Positions 8,445-18,808 of a stretch of 51,901 nt of DNA are shown here, in pieces (position 1 is the first letter of the stretch; each line of letters begins with the position of its first letter). Position numbers and translations under genes: made by a program. The notes below the pieces were generated by a model, which did no database searches, had not been told where the DNA came from, and was given only the letters and a program-made list of their open reading frames with translations. This stretch comes from a bacterium (lineage in GTDB: Bacteria; Patescibacteriota; Minisyncoccia; Phycocordibacterales; UBA2100), in the NCBI GenBank assembly GCA_030647655.1, contig JAUSJH010000021.1, positions 1 to 51,901 of the forward strand, written 5' to 3'.

Positions 8445-8789
8445 TCACTTTGTCCTGTCGAGCGGCACGTAGATTGGCAGTTCAGCCAGCATTTCATGCA
8501 ACATCCACGCGGCTACGGCGTCCTGCATGCGTTGCATCACAGGCGAGTTGTCCATGACCGTTGTTGCTGTTATCGCCAAGAAGCATCCCATCTGCCGGGT
8601 GACGACTTCCGGATCTTTCGAACGCGGCCTCCATTTGGTGCCGTCGGCGCCACCGCCGCGACGAGAATCTGCGGCAAATCGATTCCATTCGTTGTCTGGC
8701 TGCCGAAACTGCGTGGGACACTGCCGATACAATTCACCGATACTCGGTCCGTCGGATTCTCCAGGAACCCTCTCAAAGAGCTGATTCAT
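8445..8789 (-). CDS. Hypothetical protein
   Basis: ORF from MNQLFE; upstream minus-strand TTGACA-16-TACAAT and GAAGGA SD. Confidence 0.6.
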   Translation of the reverse strand: MNQLFERVPGESDGPSIGELYRQCPTQFRQPDNEWNRFAADSRRGGGADGTKWRPRSKDPEVVTRQMGCFLAITATTVMDNSPVMQRMQDAVAAWMLHEMLAELPIYVPLDRTK

Positions 8790-8885
8790 TGTCGTGGTCC
8801 TTCGTTGTGGTGAAGGCAACATTGTAGAATAAGCAACGACTCTGTCAACTACTGAACTCAATGATATGCGTTAGAATGAGCCGTC

Positions 8886-10139
8886 ATGAGGCAATCACAG
8901 CTCTTCACCAAAACCCGCAAGCAAGCACCGAAAGACGAAGTCGCAAAGAACGCGCAACTCCTTATTCGAGCAGGATTCATCCACAAAGAGATGGCGGGCG
9001 CGTATTCGTACCTTCCGCTCGGACTCCGCGTATTGAACAATATCGTACAGATAATTCGCGAGGAGATGGATGCCATCGGGGGGCAGGAAATGATTCTCAC
9101 GGCGTTGCAATCTCCGAATAATTGGAAGAAATCCGATCGCTGGCGGGACGACGCGATAGATGTGTGGTTCAAGACAGAGCTTAAGGGCGGCGGCGAGCTC
9201 GGGCTCGCGACGACGCACGAAGAGCCGCTGACGGCACTTATGTCGGAATACGTTCAGTCGTACAAAGATTTGCCGAAGTATGTCTATCAATTCCAGACGA
9301 AATTCCGCAACGAACTTCGCGCGAAGAGTGGCATAATGCGCACACGCGAATTTGTCATGAAAGACCTGTATTCTTTTAGCCGAAACGAAGAAGAGTTCAG
9401 GACGTTCTATGAAGAAGTCGCAAAGGCGTACATGAAAGTTTTCGCGCGCATTGGGCTTGGCGACAAGACATTTCGCACGTTTGCTTCCGGCGGCTCATTC
9501 TCAAAATTCAGCGACGAATTTCAGACCATATGCGACGCGGGCGAAGACACTATCCACCTGCATCGCGGCAAAGGTATCGCGGTCAACAAAGAGATCTATA
9601 CCGATGAAATACTCGCTGACCTGTCTCTCAAGAAAAACGAGCTCGAAGAGGTGAAGGCCATCGAGGTCGGCAACATTTTCCCGCTCGGAACGCGATTTTC
9701 GGAAGTACTCGGTCTCACTTTCAAGGACGAGAGTGGAAATGCACAGCCGGTCGTTATGGGTTCTTATGGGCTAGGGCCGGGGCGTCTTATGGGCACGATC
9801 GTCGAGGTCCTTTCGGATGAGAAAGGCATCGTATGGCCGAAGGAAGTCGCGCCTTTTTCCGCACATCTTATTTCTATATCGAGCGGGAACTCGGATGTAG
9901 TCGCAGAAGCCGACCGGCTCTACGAGCTTCTGCGCGAGCATGGCATTGAGACCTTGTATGACGACCGCGACGTACGCGCTGGGGAGAAATTCGCCGACGC
10001 GGACCTCATCGGTGTACCTAGCCGCGTTGTCGTTTCGGAAAAGACAATGTCGGAAGGAGGCGTCGAAGTATCAAACCGCAGTAACGGCGGGACGGCAATC
10101 GTTCCAGATAGTGAGATAGTCGAGCGGTTGAGAAACTAA
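8886..10139 (+). CDS. proS: Prolyl-tRNA synthetase (short, no editing insertion)
   Basis: MRQSQLF, THEE, KFRNELR...REFVMKDLYSF, IEVGNIF and GSYGLG motifs. Confidence 0.95.
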   Translation: MRQSQLFTKTRKQAPKDEVAKNAQLLIRAGFIHKEMAGAYSYLPLGLRVLNNIVQIIREEMDAIGGQEMILTALQSPNNWKKSDRWRDDAIDVWFKTELKGGGELGLATTHEEPLTALMSEYVQSYKDLPKYVYQFQTKFRNELRAKSGIMRTREFVMKDLYSFSRNEEEFRTFYEEVAKAYMKVFARIGLGDKTFRTFASGGSFSKFSDEFQTICDAGEDTIHLHRGKGIAVNKEIYTDEILADLSLKKNELEEVKAIEVGNIFPLGTRFSEVLGLTFKDESGNAQPVVMGSYGLGPGRLMGTIVEVLSDEKGIVWPKEVAPFSAHLISISSGNSDVVAEADRLYELLREHGIETLYDDRDVRAGEKFADADLIGVPSRVVVSEKTMSEGGVEVSNRSNGGTAIVPDSEIVERLRN

Positions 10140-10140
10140 T

Positions 10141-11223
10141 ATGAGTGGATTAATGGAAGCAATACGCAGGTACAAGGACCGGATATTAGGTTTCTTATCA
10201 AATGATATCGGTATTGACCTCGGTACGGCCAATACGCTCGTCTACGTCAAAGGCCGAGGAATCGTCATCAACGAACCTTCTATCGTTGCGATGAACCAAA
10301 AGACGGGGGCTGTGGTCGCGGTCGGCGCGCAAGCCAAAGAGATGCTCGGCCGTACACCAGCGCACATCGTCGCGGTACAGCCTGTTGTAGACGGTGTCAT
10401 TTCCGATTTCGAAGTTACATCCGAAATGCTCACGTATTTGATAGGGAAGGCGCAGGCGGGACATGCCAAACTTTTGGGCCCGCGCGTTGTCATCGGGGTG
10501 CCCTCGGGCGTAACCTCTGTCGAGGTGCGTGCTGTGCGCGATGCCGCGCGCGCCGCAGGCGCTCGCGAAGTGCACATCATTGAAGAGCCGATGGCCGCGG
10601 CGATAGGCATCGAGTTGCCGGTACACGAGCCCTTAGGGAGCATGGTAGTCGACATCGGTGGCGGGACGACCGACATCGGTGTCATATCTTTGGGCGGGTT
10701 GGTAAACGCGCGCAACGTACGCATCGCAGGCGACAGGTTCAACACCGATATCGTGAGTCACGTTCGCAATGAATTCAAAATGCTCATCGGCGAGAAAAGC
10801 GCCGAGGAGACAAAGATTGCAATCGCATCGATTGCAATAGGCCGGCTGCCGCTCGAGACCTTGGTGCGCGGGCGCGATCTTGTGACGGGGCTTCCGCACG
10901 AGATGCGCATTACCGATCAGGATATCAGAAATGCAATCGGGCACTCCATAGAAGAGTTGGTCGAAGCTGTCAAAGATGTTCTGGAAACGACGCCGCCCGA
11001 AATAATTTCCGATGTTATGCAACGTGGCATTTACTTGGCTGGCGGCGGTGCCCTCATCCGCGGTATCCCCGAATTTTTGACGAGCGCTTTGGGCGTTCCC
11101 GTTATCGTTGCGCCCGATCCATTGACCGCGGTCGTGCGCGGGACATCCATCGTCTTGAATGACCTTGATGCGTATCGCGACGCACTCCTTAAGTCCGATG
11201 ATGAACTCGTACCGACAGAATAA
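10141..11223 (+). CDS. mreB: Rod shape-determining protein MreB, copy 2
   Basis: IGIDLGTANT, EEPMAAAIG, DIGGGTT, AGGGAL; first gene of mreC-mreD-mrdA cluster. Confidence 0.95.
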   Translation: MSGLMEAIRRYKDRILGFLSNDIGIDLGTANTLVYVKGRGIVINEPSIVAMNQKTGAVVAVGAQAKEMLGRTPAHIVAVQPVVDGVISDFEVTSEMLTYLIGKAQAGHAKLLGPRVVIGVPSGVTSVEVRAVRDAARAAGAREVHIIEEPMAAAIGIELPVHEPLGSMVVDIGGGTTDIGVISLGGLVNARNVRIAGDRFNTDIVSHVRNEFKMLIGEKSAEETKIAIASIAIGRLPLETLVRGRDLVTGLPHEMRITDQDIRNAIGHSIEELVEAVKDVLETTPPEIISDVMQRGIYLAGGGALIRGIPEFLTSALGVPVIVAPDPLTAVVRGTSIVLNDLDAYRDALLKSDDELVPTE

Positions 11224-11980
11224 AAGGCCGTACCGGCGGCTCTTTGCGGCAACAATTCTCGTTGTCGTCTTATTCATTGCGGACATCGTATCCGGCGGCA
11301 CACTGCGCTATACACTCCGCTCCGGCGTGGCCACGTTCTCCAGTTGGGTAGGAAGCGCGACGGGTATACTTGGCGCAAACGAGATATTCTCTTCGCGCCG
11401 TGCGCTCGAGAGCCAAAATCGCTCCCTTAGCGACACGCTTGCGCAGCTCGAAGATCGTGCCGCCGGCTTTGATGCGATACGGGTGGAGAATGAAGAGCTA
11501 CGTGCGCTTTTGCAGGTCGTGCAAGCTACCTCACAAAAAAGTGTGACTGCACCCGTCGTATCGTCAATACGCTCATCTCCCTATGGGACATTTCTCATAG
11601 GCGCGGGGAGTGCGGATGGGATTACTCGCGGGAGTCTTGTGCAGACGAGCGGGGGATTCGTCGTGGGAAAGGTGAGTGACATGGGAGCGCATACGGCGAC
11701 TGTCACCGAAGTGTTTGCACCAGGCGTGTCACTAGACGCCATCCTTGGCACCGCGGCGATATCTGTGCGCGGCTCGGGGGGAGGGAACGCACGGGCGGAG
11801 GCGCCGCGCGGGCTTTCTATCGCACTCGGTAGTCCGGTCTTTGCGCCGGAATTCGGACAGCGTGCGATCGGCATCGTCGGCGCCGTCGCATCAAGCTCCG
11901 GCAGTGCTGTCCAAGACGTTTTCATCCGTCTGCCGGTGAATTTGGCCTCGCTTAAGTTCGTCTACGTCATAAAAAATTAA
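11198..11980 (+). CDS. mreC: Rod shape-determining protein MreC
   Basis: N-terminal TM, coiled coil ENEELRALL, GSADGI...VVGKV; position after mreB. Confidence 0.8.
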   Translation: MMNSYRQNKRPYRRLFAATILVVVLFIADIVSGGTLRYTLRSGVATFSSWVGSATGILGANEIFSSRRALESQNRSLSDTLAQLEDRAAGFDAIRVENEELRALLQVVQATSQKSVTAPVVSSIRSSPYGTFLIGAGSADGITRGSLVQTSGGFVVGKVSDMGAHTATVTEVFAPGVSLDAILGTAAISVRGSGGGNARAEAPRGLSIALGSPVFAPEFGQRAIGIVGAVASSSGSAVQDVFIRLPVNLASLKFVYVIKN

Positions 11981-11985
11981 CCAGT

Positions 11986-12249
11986 ATGCTTCTTGACCGC
12001 ATCCGAACCATTCTTGCACTCATAGGACTGTGCGGGGCGCTGTTCTTTTCGTGGTGGATTCTACTCGTTATTATGACCCTTCTTGCGCTCAGGTGGCGCG
12101 CATGGGAAGTGCCTTTTCTTGGCCTTGTCGTCGACCTGCTCTGGCTTCCTTCGGTAGGATTTTTCTATCCCATTCCCTTTTTCACACTTTTCGGTCTCGC
12201 GGTCGTGTGGCTCTTTGAACCCTTGAGGAATCAGTTTCTCATTCAATAG
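11986..12249 (+). CDS. Small membrane protein, probable reduced MreD
   Basis: 87 aa, very hydrophobic, GLVVDLL; lies between mreC and mrdA. Confidence 0.55.
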   Translation: MLLDRIRTILALIGLCGALFFSWWILLVIMTLLALRWRAWEVPFLGLVVDLLWLPSVGFFYPIPFFTLFGLAVVWLFEPLRNQFLIQ

Positions 12250-12263
12250 ATTTGTTTGGCCTG

Positions 12264-12362
12264 CCCCGTGAGATAAAAAATCTGTCTTTTACCGGTGATC
12301 CCGCATTATTCGGAGAGTTGTATATTGCGCAAACTTTGGGACCGATTATCTCATGGGGTATA
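12264..12362. repeat. MITE-like inverted-repeat element, copy 2
   Basis: CCCCGTGAGATAA (12264-12276), 69-bp spacer, TTATCTCATGGGGTATA (12346-12362). Confidence 0.75.
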
Positions 12363-12370
12363 GTGCACGC

Positions 12371-14110
12371 ATGAGCTCGTGGTTTAAAACACGTCGCGTG
12401 CACGAGATAGCGCCTGACGAGATATTTCTCGACTCTTCCAATTTGCCGGCGCACGAAGCGAGCCAATTCGAAGGTCGCGTCATCTCTGCACTCCCGCGCA
12501 GGAGTGTCTTCGCGGTCGGGATAGTGTTTGCAATTGTCGGGCTCGCATTTATGATGCGCGCTTTCAGTCTTGAAGTGACACATGGCCCCTCGTATGCCGA
12601 TGTATCGCGGGAAAACACACTGGAGCGCTCCATTATTTTCACGACGCGCGGATTATTGTTGGACAGAAATGGAAAAGAGTTGGCGTGGAATGAGGCCCCA
12701 TTGGAAAGCTCCGCTTCCAACGGGGCAGGCGCTACCAGTTCGACATTTTCACTTAGAAAATACACCCGACTCTCCGGTCTCGCGCACATTCTCGGCTTCG
12801 TGCAATACCCGAAGGCCGACGCGAAAGGCAATTGGTGGCGCGAGGAAACGACCGGTATGTCAGGTGGCGAGCTTGCATATGACACGATGCTCAAGGGCGC
12901 AAACGGCAGTCGCATGGTGGAAAGAGATGCTCGCGGCGAGATACAGCGCGAGGATTTAATGGCTCCACCGGAAAACGGGCGCGATCTCACACTCTCAATA
13001 GATGCGCAGGTGCAAAGCGAGCTCTACCGGCTTCTTTCCGCTCATGCCGCGAATCTGGGTTTTAAGGGCGGAGCCGCCGTTATCATGGATGTGCAAACCG
13101 GGGAAATCCTCGCGCTCACCAGTTTTCCCGAATATGACAATCAGGCAATAACAGACGGCATCTCATCGATTGTGCGCGCCGCAAATACGGACCCGCGAAC
13201 ACCACTTTTGAATCGCGCCGTAAGCGGGCTATATGTACCCGGCTCTATCGTTAAGCCTATCTTTGCCGCCGCCGCGCTGAATGAAGGGATTATCACGCCC
13301 GAAAAGCAAATCTTGTCGACAGGCTTCATTTCCATTCCAAATCCGTATGACGCGGCGCATCCCTCCATCTTTCGCGACTGGACGGTGCACGGCCTCGTCG
13401 ATATGAGAGTGGCGCTTGCGGTCTCGTCGGACGAATATTTTTATACCATCGGAGGAGGATACGAGGGGCAAAGGGGTCTTGAGATCGCAAAACTCGATGA
13501 GTACGCCCGAAAATTCGGGCTTGCGCAACCGACCGGCATCGCGCTCTTTGGTGAGGCAGTCGGCGTTATTCCGACTCCGGAGTGGAAAACGCAGATGTTT
13601 GGACCGAATGATCCGTGGCGCATTGGCGACACGTACCACACGGCAATCGGTCAGTACGGTTTCCAGATAACACCTCTTCAGGCGGTGCGCTACATAGCGG
13701 CGATTGCGAACGGCGGCAAACTCTTGACGCCGCAACTCATTGCTCGCCCCGCCGTCGGCGGGGCAGGTTCAACACCAGAATGGGTCTCTGTCGGCATTCC
13801 AGACCAACACCTGCAGGTGGTGCGTGAAGGTATGCGACTCGCTGTTACATCCGATAGGAAAGATGCGACGGTGAAATTTCTCAATATTCCGCAGATCCAT
13901 ATCGCCGCAAAAACGGGGACCGCGCAACTCGGCATGCGGAACGAGGCGGTGAATTCATGGTCGGTCGGCTTTTGGCCCGCAGAAAATCCGCACTGGGCCT
14001 ACGCGGTCGTTTTGGAACGCGCGCCCGCGGGCACACCCTCCGGCGCCGCACAGGGGCTCCAGCCGTTCTTCCAATGGCTAGTCGCAAACCATCCTGAGTA
14101 TGTCGATTGA
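12371..14110 (+). CDS. mrdA: Penicillin-binding protein 2 (class B transpeptidase)
   Basis: PGSIVKP (SxxK), SSDEYFY and KTGTAQ motifs; start placed 6 nt after TATAGT. Confidence 0.9.
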   Translation: MSSWFKTRRVHEIAPDEIFLDSSNLPAHEASQFEGRVISALPRRSVFAVGIVFAIVGLAFMMRAFSLEVTHGPSYADVSRENTLERSIIFTTRGLLLDRNGKELAWNEAPLESSASNGAGATSSTFSLRKYTRLSGLAHILGFVQYPKADAKGNWWREETTGMSGGELAYDTMLKGANGSRMVERDARGEIQREDLMAPPENGRDLTLSIDAQVQSELYRLLSAHAANLGFKGGAAVIMDVQTGEILALTSFPEYDNQAITDGISSIVRAANTDPRTPLLNRAVSGLYVPGSIVKPIFAAAALNEGIITPEKQILSTGFISIPNPYDAAHPSIFRDWTVHGLVDMRVALAVSSDEYFYTIGGGYEGQRGLEIAKLDEYARKFGLAQPTGIALFGEAVGVIPTPEWKTQMFGPNDPWRIGDTYHTAIGQYGFQITPLQAVRYIAAIANGGKLLTPQLIARPAVGGAGSTPEWVSVGIPDQHLQVVREGMRLAVTSDRKDATVKFLNIPQIHIAAKTGTAQLGMRNEAVNSWSVGFWPAENPHWAYAVVLERAPAGTPSGAAQGLQPFFQWLVANHPEYVD

Positions 14111-14158
14111 ACGGTGTTGTTGCACTGGCAGAATCCTGTATAATGCGCGCGCACCAAT

Positions 14159-14626
14159 ATGAACGATGATACCAATTATTTAAGCAAAGAGAAGTTCGAC
14201 GAGCTCACGACCGAGCTTGAGCACATGAAGACAGTCCGCCGGCGCGAAATCGCCGAGCAGCTTGAATATGCTCGCTCGCTCGGGGACCTTTCGGAGAATG
14301 CCGAATACGAGGAAGCCCGCAACCTGCAGGCGGCGACCGAAGATAGAATACGCGTCATCGAAGAACAGCTCTCCCACGCCCGTATTATAGAGCACCCGAA
14401 AGGCAATGCCGTATCGCTCGGCTCTATCGTCACGATACAAAAGCAGGGCGAGAAAGAAGAGCACACCTACGAAATTGTCGGCTCTGCGGAGGCCAATATG
14501 CAGGAGCACAAAATATCGCACCTTTCACCATTGGGCTCGGCATTGATGGAAAAAAAGCGCGGGGACATATTTGCATTCGAGACACCCAAAGGCGCACAAA
14601 AATACAAAATAGTAAATATCAAATAA
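14159..14626 (+). CDS. greA: Transcription elongation factor GreA
   Basis: ARSLGDLSENAEY and ISHLSPLGSAL motifs. Confidence 0.96.
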   Translation: MNDDTNYLSKEKFDELTTELEHMKTVRRREIAEQLEYARSLGDLSENAEYEEARNLQAATEDRIRVIEEQLSHARIIEHPKGNAVSLGSIVTIQKQGEKEEHTYEIVGSAEANMQEHKISHLSPLGSALMEKKRGDIFAFETPKGAQKYKIVNIK

Positions 14627-14719
14627 CAGTGTTTATTTATAGGCCAGTACTACAAATGCGGCGCTTTGAGTAAGAGCCAAATACCGCCTTTAAGACCAGA
14701 ATTGGGGTAGAATGGTAGT

Positions 14720-16576
14720 GTGGGCTTTCTTGATAAATATCAAGCTCCTCGAACTCCGCCTGACGTTGATAGCGGTGGCAGGCCGAGTGACGAAGGCGCT
14801 GACTCTGAAGATTTTGTTGAACCATTGAGTTTGCGGAGGAGATTGCGAGGCGAGATTCCTCCCGTTTATTCCGACCCCAATACGAGAAGAACTGTATATA
14901 GTGAACTTGAGTTACCGGAATCTACCCTGACGAAGATTAAGAAAAGAGTGAGAAGAGAAGAAGGAGAAGAAGGAGAAGAAGTTGCCGTGGATTTGACCGC
15001 AACCTATACCGAGTATTCAAAGGAGTGGAGAGCTCAACAAGACGCTCTGCGTGACCCTGAGGAGAAGAGAGATTTGCTACCAGCAGCGGAATTGTTCGTT
15101 CCTGACGAACTTAGCGGCAAAACACCTTACGAGATATTTGGAGTTTCTGAGGGAGACGATATTGAAGCGCACAAAGCATATCGCACGCTGATGCGCTCCC
15201 TTCATCCGGACATTGTGAACGCAGAGATTGATAAGGTAATTAAACAGGCACTTGGCGGATCCGACGTTGCGTGGCAGATGCTCAAGGCATATACATCAAA
15301 GTTTGACGATTGGCTGGAAAAGCAACAGGAGACGCTGACCGAAGAACAGCTTGCGGCATTAAGTGAGGACGAGCGGAATAAGTACGTTGCAGAGTTTCGC
15401 AGTTGGGAGGAGAACAAACCTTCCGAAGACAGCATAGTGGCACTGAAGGAGGAACTTAAGCAACGTGCGGGAAAGAAGGCACAAATACTGAATATTGCGT
15501 GGGATAAGATAAAGAAAGGGCTTTCCTACGAGAACATTGTCGGTCTCGCTTCCGTATGGACTACGAGTATTGGTGAATCTAGGTACTTGATGCCGCATCA
15601 GATCATCCGACTTGAGGGTGATGCAGAATTATATCGGGACCTTGACTTCACCGTGACTGACACCGGTGAAGTTGTTCTTGGTAGAGCACACCCTGCATAC
15701 CTCGCGTTTGCGTTTGGATATGACCAACAGTTAGGCATATATGAGCAATACCGGGAATTCTTTCCTCTCAAACACCTGTTTGCTTTTCTGGAACATCGGG
15801 ATGGTCGCAGAGTGAATTCTGCGCTTCTCTCCGACATAGCAGAAGAACACAATTTAACAGCTTTCGATGTAAGAACGCTTCAAGATTTGTTGAGTCAACA
15901 AGCAGAACTATCTCGCATGTGCGAAGAGTTGAGAATAGAGCCGCTGTTTGAAGAGCCTTCTTTGTTTGCTAACAGTGCTGTGAAGATTAGCGATGTGGTG
16001 AGAGTGCTTGTTCACTACGAGAGGTTGAACGATGAAGACAAAAAGCGCTTTATGACAGCGGGGTACACCATTGAGGCACTCGCGACACTTGAGAGTTTTG
16101 TTTCTGTCATGCGCAAAAAGGCGGAAGAGTCCCTTCGAAATTGGAATAACAGTATTATCTATGATGTTGCCAGACAGAGGGTAGAAACGTTTGCGCAAGT
16201 GAAACGAGAAGGCGGAGGAATGTTGTATAAGTCAGACGAAGAGAACGAAGGATTTCTGGCAGGGGAAATCTTACGAGATTTACGCGACGCTCAATCGAAA
16301 CCAGAGCGTTTTACGAGGGCTATTTTGGAGATACTGGACGGACCAACATACACGCTACATGAAAATGACGTAACAGGATACAGAGTGGGTATTGAGTTCG
16401 GGCGAGATGGGTTGCGGCTGTTACTGCCCAAGCAGGAATCTCTCAACCACTACGACTTCTCATCTTTGACCGAAGTCTTTTTCAATCGGAATGATTTAGG
16501 GGTTATGAGAGAAGTGGCCTATGGACGCAGTCTTTCAAAAGGAGGCGCTAAAGCGATCGATAACAAAAGATCGTGA
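14720..16576 (+). CDS. Large hypothetical protein with a split J-domain-like region
   Basis: TPYEIFGV...HKAYRTLMRSLHPD...long insert...AQILNIAWDKI; visibly more A/T-rich; TAGAAT 6 nt before GTG. Confidence 0.7.
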   Translation: MGFLDKYQAPRTPPDVDSGGRPSDEGADSEDFVEPLSLRRRLRGEIPPVYSDPNTRRTVYSELELPESTLTKIKKRVRREEGEEGEEVAVDLTATYTEYSKEWRAQQDALRDPEEKRDLLPAAELFVPDELSGKTPYEIFGVSEGDDIEAHKAYRTLMRSLHPDIVNAEIDKVIKQALGGSDVAWQMLKAYTSKFDDWLEKQQETLTEEQLAALSEDERNKYVAEFRSWEENKPSEDSIVALKEELKQRAGKKAQILNIAWDKIKKGLSYENIVGLASVWTTSIGESRYLMPHQIIRLEGDAELYRDLDFTVTDTGEVVLGRAHPAYLAFAFGYDQQLGIYEQYREFFPLKHLFAFLEHRDGRRVNSALLSDIAEEHNLTAFDVRTLQDLLSQQAELSRMCEELRIEPLFEEPSLFANSAVKISDVVRVLVHYERLNDEDKKRFMTAGYTIEALATLESFVSVMRKKAEESLRNWNNSIIYDVARQRVETFAQVKREGGGMLYKSDEENEGFLAGEILRDLRDAQSKPERFTRAILEILDGPTYTLHENDVTGYRVGIEFGRDGLRLLLPKQESLNHYDFSSLTEVFFNRNDLGVMREVAYGRSLSKGGAKAIDNKRS

Positions 16577-16642
16577 ATATCAAGTGAGTTGGTAGCTTTA
16601 TCCACTTGACGCTTGGTTTAGAGAGGGTACGCTGATGGCATT

Positions 16643-17602
16643 ATGAAATCGCGAGCGGCCTCTTCCTTCCCCGATCTTGCTCTTGAGTTCGTGCGGGTAA
16701 CGGAAGTGGGTGCCATCGCCGCCGCGAAGTGGATAGGCAAGGGTGATGCACATGCAGCCGACAAGGCGTCGGTGGATGCTATGCGCGAATATTTCAACAA
16801 AATAGATTTCAGGGGTGAGATCGTCATCGGTGAGGGTGCGAAAGATGAGGCGGCGGAGCTCTATATCGGCGAGAAGTTGGGGAGCGGCAACGGTCCGCTT
16901 ATCGAAATCGCGATAGACCCGCTTGAATGCACTGATTCGGTCGCCAATGGGCGACCGAATGCTATCTCCGTTATCGCGACAGGCCCCGAAGGCTCCCTCT
17001 ATCATGCTGCCGATTCATACATGAATAAGCTTGCTGTCGGCCGCGCCGCAGCAGACGTCATAGACCTTGATGCGCCAGTCAAAGACAACGTGAGAAAAGT
17101 CGCACACGCGCTCGGCAAAGACATTGGAGAGATTACCGTGGCGACACTCGATCGTCCGCGCCATGAAAAACTCATACAGGAAATACGGAATGTCGGTGCG
17201 CGCGTACAACTTTTTACCGACGGCGACGTCGCGATGGCAATCGCAACGTGCCTTCGCGATTCTCCCATCGATATTCTCATGGGGATCGGGGGGAGTGCGG
17301 AGGCAGTCATTTCTGCGGCCGCCTTGCGCACTCTAAACGGTGAGATCCTCTGCCGGTGGCAACCGAAAGATGAGAAGCACATCAAACGCCTTAACAGCGC
17401 GGGTATCACCGACTTCTCCAAAATTATGAGGACGGAAGACCTTGCGCATGGAGACAACATCAGCTTCACGGCGACCGGCGTCATCACGGGTCCCTTGGTT
17501 GAAGGTGTCACTTTCATCCCCGAAGCGATAACCACGCACTCGATTGTTATGGCTACAAGCTCCAAAACGGTCAGATTTATCAAAACGAGGCATATGCAAT
17601 AA
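16643..17602 (+). CDS. glpX: Fructose-1,6-bisphosphatase class II
   Basis: ADKASVDAMR, VIGEG, IDPLE, DRPRH and DGDV motifs. Confidence 0.95.
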   Translation: MKSRAASSFPDLALEFVRVTEVGAIAAAKWIGKGDAHAADKASVDAMREYFNKIDFRGEIVIGEGAKDEAAELYIGEKLGSGNGPLIEIAIDPLECTDSVANGRPNAISVIATGPEGSLYHAADSYMNKLAVGRAAADVIDLDAPVKDNVRKVAHALGKDIGEITVATLDRPRHEKLIQEIRNVGARVQLFTDGDVAMAIATCLRDSPIDILMGIGGSAEAVISAAALRTLNGEILCRWQPKDEKHIKRLNSAGITDFSKIMRTEDLAHGDNISFTATGVITGPLVEGVTFIPEAITTHSIVMATSSKTVRFIKTRHMQ

Positions 17603-17609
17603 TACACAC

Positions 17610-18635
17610 ATGAATACTAATACTCTGCGAGAAGTGGCGAAACAAATGGTGGCACCTGGTAAGGGAATTCTTGCGGCCGATGAAAGCACTGGTACGTGTG
17701 AGAAGCGTTTTGCGAAAATAGATGTTCCGTGCACGGAGGAGAACCGCAAAGCGTACCGTGGAATGCTGTTCGCAACACCAGGGCTCGGCGAATACATTTC
17801 TGGCGTCATTATGTACGACGAGACCATACGCCAAAGCGCACCAGACGGAACATCTTTCGTGCAAATACTCCAGAATGCCGGCATTTTGCCGGGTATCAAA
17901 GTCGATCAGGGAACCACGGCGATGGAAGGTTCGCCGAATGAGAAAGTTACGAAAGGATTGGAAGGTCTGCCGGAGCGCTTGAAGGAATATGCCACTCTCG
18001 GCGCGAAATTTGCCAAATGGCGGGCGGTTATTACCATAGACGCTGTTCTGCCTACCGATGCAAATATTCGTCAAAATGCGAAAGACCTCGCCGCGTACGC
18101 AAAAGCCTGTCAGGAAGCCGGCATAGTACCGATTGTCGAACCCGAGGTCCTCATGGATGGAACTCACTCGATGGAACGTTGTAGGGAGGTGAGCGAGCGC
18201 GCCCTTACGGCCCTATTTGAGGAGCTCAAGAATGCCAGCGTTTTGATAGAAGGTATTATCTTGAAGACCAACATGGTAATTCCCGCGAAGGAGAGTGGAG
18301 AGAAAAAGTCGGCGAGCGAGATCGCCGAAGCGACCGTCGCGCTCTTTAGAAAGATCTTGCCTGACAATTTGCCTGGGCAGGCATTCCTGTCAGGTGGGCA
18401 AAGCGAAGTGGAGGCGACAGAGAATCTCAACGCGATCAACAAGCGCGGGCCCCACCCGTGGAAGCTCTCATTTTCCTACGGTCGGGCCCTTCAGGACTCG
18501 GCTCTTAAAAAGTGGAAAGGCTCCAAGGAGAACGCGCCTGCCGCACAGAAAATCCTTCTCCATCGCGCGAAAATGAACTCACTCGCAACACTTGGCAAGT
18601 ACTCGAGCGAGATGGAAAACCGGAGCACGTCTTGA
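17610..18635 (+). CDS. Fructose-bisphosphate aldolase class I (glycolytic family)
   Basis: GKGILAADES, FAKWRAV, PIVEPEVL, FLSGGQ and FSYGRALQ motifs. Confidence 0.95.
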   Translation: MNTNTLREVAKQMVAPGKGILAADESTGTCEKRFAKIDVPCTEENRKAYRGMLFATPGLGEYISGVIMYDETIRQSAPDGTSFVQILQNAGILPGIKVDQGTTAMEGSPNEKVTKGLEGLPERLKEYATLGAKFAKWRAVITIDAVLPTDANIRQNAKDLAAYAKACQEAGIVPIVEPEVLMDGTHSMERCREVSERALTALFEELKNASVLIEGIILKTNMVIPAKESGEKKSASEIAEATVALFRKILPDNLPGQAFLSGGQSEVEATENLNAINKRGPHPWKLSFSYGRALQDSALKKWKGSKENAPAAQKILLHRAKMNSLATLGKYSSEMENRSTS

Positions 18636-18674
18636 ATTTACACGGGGCGGGCGATAGTATACCCTGTCTCAAAC

Positions 18675-18745
18675 GGGCTTATAGTAAAGTGGCATTACGC
18701 GGCATTCGCATTGCCGAGTCCCGGGTTCGATTCCCGGTAAGTCCA
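18675..18745 (+). tRNA. tRNA-Ala(CGC)
   Basis: Cloverleaf with G3-U70; CGGCA-TTCGCAT-TGCCG anticodon arm; GGTTCGATTCC T arm. Confidence 0.92.
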
Positions 18746-18808
18746 AAAAAACAAGAAGCGTAGCGACTATGTTTTTCTCGATGCAGCAGTACTCTGCGGC
18801 GCCAAAAA

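Noticed and set aside
3150-11223. Two mreB genes, and two flavodoxin-fold paralogues, as a recent duplication or misassembly
   Set aside because: Copies are clearly diverged in protein sequence and have different contexts; ordinary paralogy
14955-14981. GAAGAAGGA tandem repeat as a phase-variation tract
   Set aside because: 9-bp unit keeps frame and simply encodes EEG repeats
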